NCBI GenBank assembly: GCA_041488275.1
Contig: JBGPOY010000002.1
Location: 11,336 to 75,335 of the forward strand
Length of the DNA: 64,000 nucleotides
Reading direction: 5' to 3'
From: Candidatus Nanoarchaeia archaeon
Lineage (GTDB): Archaea > Nanobdellota > Nanobdellia > Woesearchaeales > ARS49
Shown: positions 61,128 through 64,000 of the stretch, in pieces
Position numbering within the stretch: position 1 is the stretch's first letter
Layout: each line of letters opens with the position of its first letter
Position numbers and translations under genes: made by a program
Notes under the pieces: generated by a model
Told to the model about the DNA's origin: nothing
The model's database searches: none
The model's input: only the letters and a program-made list of their open reading frames with translations

Positions 61128-61200
61128 AAGAGTTGGGTTCTGGTCCGGTGACGACTACGTTGAGTTCTTGGCACGGCGCAAAAGACGACGGAGAGCCTAG
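61128..61200 (-). repeat. Possible degenerate relative of the palindromic repeat family (copy F)
   Basis: Shares tctggtccg with copy B. ttggcacgg..aaa resembles cctgggcacggaaacg of copy C (reverse complement). Lacks the 16-mer core. Confidence 0.25.
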
Positions 61201-61201
61201 C

Positions 61202-61747
61202 ATGGGCGAGAATGACTACTCGGTAAGCATCAAGAAAGCAATCATTTCTTATGCGAAATCGTGTGGAAAAAGATACGCGCGTATTGTCGAAGAAGGAAAA
61301 ATCTGGCTGAAAGCACCGGAAAGCAATACCTCTTTCTATCAGTTCCCGTACAAACCGGAAGTGCGGCTGACGCGCAAGAGCAAAAACGGAAGAGAAACTC
61401 ACTCCATATTTGAAGTTCTTGATTCTCAGCTGAAGGATCCTAACCTGATAATCGCGGACATCATCCAAGGGCTTTTGGTTGAAGGGGCAACACACATCGT
61501 TTTCATTGCACCAACGGACGAGGGCGAAGAGAAAGCCCGTTCACTTTCCGAAACACTCGGAGGCATACTTAAGAACAAGCTCTTCGAAGCAACGTGGAAG
61601 ATTGTTCCTCAGAAGAAGCTTTTCCAAATCGCAAGAAGGTATAGTCTGCCCGAGATTCTTTGCTATCGTATCAGTTATGCCGAAGCGGAAAACCCTGAGA
61701 CGCTGCAAGGACTTCTCGCGCAGTGGGCAAACGAGGACGGCTGGTAA
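61202..61747 (+). CDS. Hypothetical protein (visibly lower GC)
   Basis: 181-aa ORF starting at MGENDYS. No family recognised. AT-richer than its neighbours. Confidence 0.5.
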   Translation: MGENDYSVSIKKAIISYAKSCGKRYARIVEEGKIWLKAPESNTSFYQFPYKPEVRLTRKSKNGRETHSIFEVLDSQLKDPNLIIADIIQGLLVEGATHIVFIAPTDEGEEKARSLSETLGGILKNKLFEATWKIVPQKKLFQIARRYSLPEILCYRISYAEAENPETLQGLLAQWANEDGW

Positions 61748-61807
61748 CCTTCAGCAACCTTTATAAACGCCCATTTCCTCATTCCGTCTATTCAGGGGGT
61801 ATTCACT

Positions 61808-61993
61808 ATGAAGGGTCTGAAAGAAACCAATAGCAAGTTCATCAAGGTGCGCTGTCCGAAGTGCAAGAACGAACAAATCATCTTCGGCAAGGCCTCGACG
61901 CGTGTCAAGTGCCTGATTTGCCAGAAGATTCTCGCCGAGCCGACGTCGGGCAAGAGCCGCGTCAAGGCGCGCGTGTTGGAAGTCTTGGAGTAA
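61808..61993 (+). CDS. rps27e: Ribosomal protein S27e
   Basis: C4 zinc ribbon VRCPKCKNEQIIFGKASTRVKCLICQ. Confidence 0.92.
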   Translation: MKGLKETNSKFIKVRCPKCKNEQIIFGKASTRVKCLICQKILAEPTSGKSRVKARVLEVLE

Positions 61994-62002
61994 TTTTTCA
62001 CG

Positions 62003-62782
62003 ATGCTGCTCCGCAAGGAAGGCTGGCCTGAGCCCGAGGAACTCGTTCTCTGTACGATTACGAACGTCCAGTTCCACAGCGTTTTCTGCAAACTCGATGA
62101 GTACGCGGAAAAGTCGGGCATGATTCACATCAGCGAAATCGCTCCCGGCAGAATCAAGAACATCCGCGAGTTCGTGCAGGAAGGCAAGAAAGTGGTTTGC
62201 AAGGTCATGCAAATCAACAAAGAGCGAGGGCACATCGACCTTTCTCTCCGGCGCGTCAACGAAGGACAGAAGCGCACGAAGCTGAGCGACATCAAGCAGG
62301 AACAGCTCGCGGAAAAAATTCTCGAGCACGTCGCGAAAGCGAAAAAGATGGACGTCAAGCTGGTCTACACGAAAGTCAAGGGACCGATTTTTGCGAAGTA
62401 TCCGGGATTGTTCCCCGCGTTCGAAGCCGCAAGCCGCGGCGAAGAAGACCTCACGACGTTGGGCGTTGACGCCGCCATCGCCAAGGACATCACGGAAGCC
62501 GTGAAGGCGCGCATCAAGCCGCCGGAAGTCCAGATTGTCGGCGATTTCACCATCACCAGCACCGCCCCGGACGGCATTGACATCATCCGCCACGCGCTCA
62601 ACGAAGCCCTGAAAGTCAAGGGCGACCTGAACGTGCGGTACAAAGGGGCCGGCACGTATCACCTCACCGTCAAATCAGACGACTTCAAGAAAGCAGAGAA
62701 AGTGCTCAAGGAAGCCGTCGAAAGCACGCTCGCGTACGCGGAAAAGCACAAGGCGGAGGCAGCGTTCGCCCGCCAAGAATGA
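62003..62782 (+). CDS. eif2a: Translation initiation factor 2 subunit alpha (aIF2-alpha)
   Basis: S1 domain ELVLCTITNVQFHSVFCKLDEY...GMIHISEIA and the downstream helical and alpha-beta domains. Confidence 0.92.
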   Translation: MLLRKEGWPEPEELVLCTITNVQFHSVFCKLDEYAEKSGMIHISEIAPGRIKNIREFVQEGKKVVCKVMQINKERGHIDLSLRRVNEGQKRTKLSDIKQEQLAEKILEHVAKAKKMDVKLVYTKVKGPIFAKYPGLFPAFEAASRGEEDLTTLGVDAAIAKDITEAVKARIKPPEVQIVGDFTITSTAPDGIDIIRHALNEALKVKGDLNVRYKGAGTYHLTVKSDDFKKAEKVLKEAVESTLAYAEKHKAEAAFARQE

Positions 62783-62955
62783 GACGCATCCTCTTCTGTC
62801 CGAAAGACGCGACGTTCACGCTGAAAGAAGCCTGCCCGACGTGCGGCGCTCCGACAACGACAACGCAGCCGCCGAAATTCTCGGTTGAAGACAAATACGC
62901 CAGTTACCGCCGCGAAGGCAAGAAAAAGCAGCGCTCGGACGCGGGGCTCCTATGA
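62779..62955 (+). CDS. nop10: H/ACA RNP protein Nop10
   Basis: Hand translation MRRILFCPKDATFTLKEACPTCGAPTTTTQPPKFSVEDKYASYRR.. ATGA overlaps on both sides. Confidence 0.85.
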   Translation: MRRILFCPKDATFTLKEACPTCGAPTTTTQPPKFSVEDKYASYRREGKKKQRSDAGLL

Positions 62956-63716
62956 CGTGGACCGCGATTGCGCAGCGCAAGCTCGCGAAACTGAACAAGC
63001 CGATACTCGTGGAAGGCTTGCCCGGCATCGGCAACGTCGGCAAAGTCGCGACGGACTTCATTATCGACAAGCTCAACGCCAAGAAAGTGTATGACTTTCA
63101 GGGCACGAGCATTCCGCACTCGGTGTTCGTCAACGAACATAATCTGGTGGAACTGCCGCGCATCGAACTGTATCTTGCGAAGGCAGGCGGGCGCGACATT
63201 CTCCTGCTCGCCGGCGACGTGCAACCCATCACGGAAGATTCCTGCTACGAATTCTGCGACAAGATTCTCGAAGTGTGCGACACGCTCGGGTGCGAGGACA
63301 TCATCGCGCTGGGCGGTATCGGCTTGAAGCAGATTCCGAAAGCGCCCAAGATTTACTGCACCGGAACGGCAAAGAAACCCGTGCAGGACTTCTGCAAAAA
63401 CACGGGCGCGACCAACAAGCTGTACGGCATTGTCGGACCGATTGTAGGCGTTTCGGGAGTGCTCGTCGGATTGGCGGGCAGGCAGGGCAAGAGCGCGATT
63501 GCGGTCTTGGCGGAAACGTACGGTCACCCGATGTACTTGGGCGTGAAAGGCGCGCGCGAACTTCTGAGAGTGCTGAACAAGCACTTGAAGCTCAAGCTCG
63601 ACCTGAAGCAGCTCGACGCCGAAATCGAGGAGCTTGAAGAAGAGATGCTCGCGCGGGGTCCTGAAAAACTGCCCAAGATGCGCCGCCCCATCGGCGAAAC
63701 GAGCTATATCGGATAG
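62952..63716 (+). CDS. PAC2-family proteasome assembly chaperone-like protein
   Basis: ILVEGLPGIGNVGKVA motif. Conserved archaeal neighbourhood S27e / aIF2-alpha / Nop10 / PAC2. Confidence 0.82.
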   Translation: MTWTAIAQRKLAKLNKPILVEGLPGIGNVGKVATDFIIDKLNAKKVYDFQGTSIPHSVFVNEHNLVELPRIELYLAKAGGRDILLLAGDVQPITEDSCYEFCDKILEVCDTLGCEDIIALGGIGLKQIPKAPKIYCTGTAKKPVQDFCKNTGATNKLYGIVGPIVGVSGVLVGLAGRQGKSAIAVLAETYGHPMYLGVKGARELLRVLNKHLKLKLDLKQLDAEIEELEEEMLARGPEKLPKMRRPIGETSYIG

Positions 63717-63763
63717 TTTGCAACAGCAGAATTCTTAAAAACCCGCTCACGTCCGGCGCTTCT

Positions 63764-64000
63764 ATGATACGGGTGGACGTGCAGGAATCGCAGCGGGTCG
63801 TGCGTTATGCGTTGCAGGGCGAGAACCGTTATCGGTACGTCTGCGCGGTCAAGATTGGCGACTGGGACTGGATTGTGGAGCCCAACGCGCGCTCGTTTAT
63901 CATCGGCTCGGTCGGCGTGAACGGCGGCGTGCCGAACCTCGCGACCAAGACGAATAACATTCTTGTTGGGAACTCGCTGGTGATTGGGCTTGACGGCGAG
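63764..64000 (+). CDS. Hypothetical protein, 3' end outside window
   Basis: ATG about 25 nt downstream of ttcttaaaaac. Frame stays open to the window end (MIRVDVQESQRVVRYALQGENRY...). Confidence 0.45.
   Translation, partial: MIRVDVQESQRVVRYALQGENRYRYVCAVKIGDWDWIVEPNARSFIIGSVGVNGGVPNLATKTNNILVGNSLVIGLDGE

Noticed and set aside
1-64000. CRISPR arrays, cas genes, transposases, integrases, rRNA genes, reverse transcriptases
   Set aside because: No regularly spaced direct repeats and no ORFs with the corresponding catalytic motifs were seen on either strand. The only repeats found are the palindromic intergenic family and the tRNA-3'-end duplications.

Overview
GC-rich archaeal chromosomal segment; composition judged by eye, not computed. 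The archaeal assignment rests on informational genes (Sm/LSm, L37e, S27e, aIF2-alpha, Nop10, PAC2-type proteasome chaperone, prefoldin alpha, FtsY), an archaeal-type S-layer protein, and TTTAAATA-like TATA boxes 22-35 nt upstream of many start codons. That spacing suggests mostly leaderless transcripts. Many neighbouring genes overlap by ATGA, GTGA or TAATG. I call about 80 CDS and 3 tRNAs (Glu-UUC, Gly-GCC, Leu-UAG). I saw no rRNA, CRISPR array, transposase or integrase.

Functional themes:
- Glycogen and sugar metabolism: GalT, debranching enzyme, GH57, a GT4/5 synthase-like gene and a eukaryote-like GT3 glycogen synthase.
- Deoxyribonucleotide synthesis: nrdR, a long NrdJ and a PduO-type adenosyltransferase, plus a second NrdJ with an ATP-cone.
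- DNA repair: Ogg-ASCH-Nth operon, a second HhH-like glycosylase, an AlkZ-like protein and a GIY-YIG protein.
- Central metabolism: enolase, PRPP synthetase, glycerate kinase and a histidine phosphatase.
- Envelope and secreted proteins.

Observations most worth a second look:
1. A family of roughly 60-120 bp imperfect-palindrome intergenic repeats. Four copies are clear, three of which share an identical 16-mer. Two further copies are degenerate.
2. All three tRNA genes are followed by a short hairpin spacer and then a direct repeat of the tRNA's own 3' end. Two of them share an identical 12-nt trailer.
3. Several uncharacterised gene modules: Lrp / cytoplasmic subtilase / small protein; a DUF-like protein plus GIY-YIG pair; three tandem paralogs downstream of GH57; and a giant fibrous Cys-rich secreted protein.

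All homology calls come from motif recognition by eye; no database search was run.
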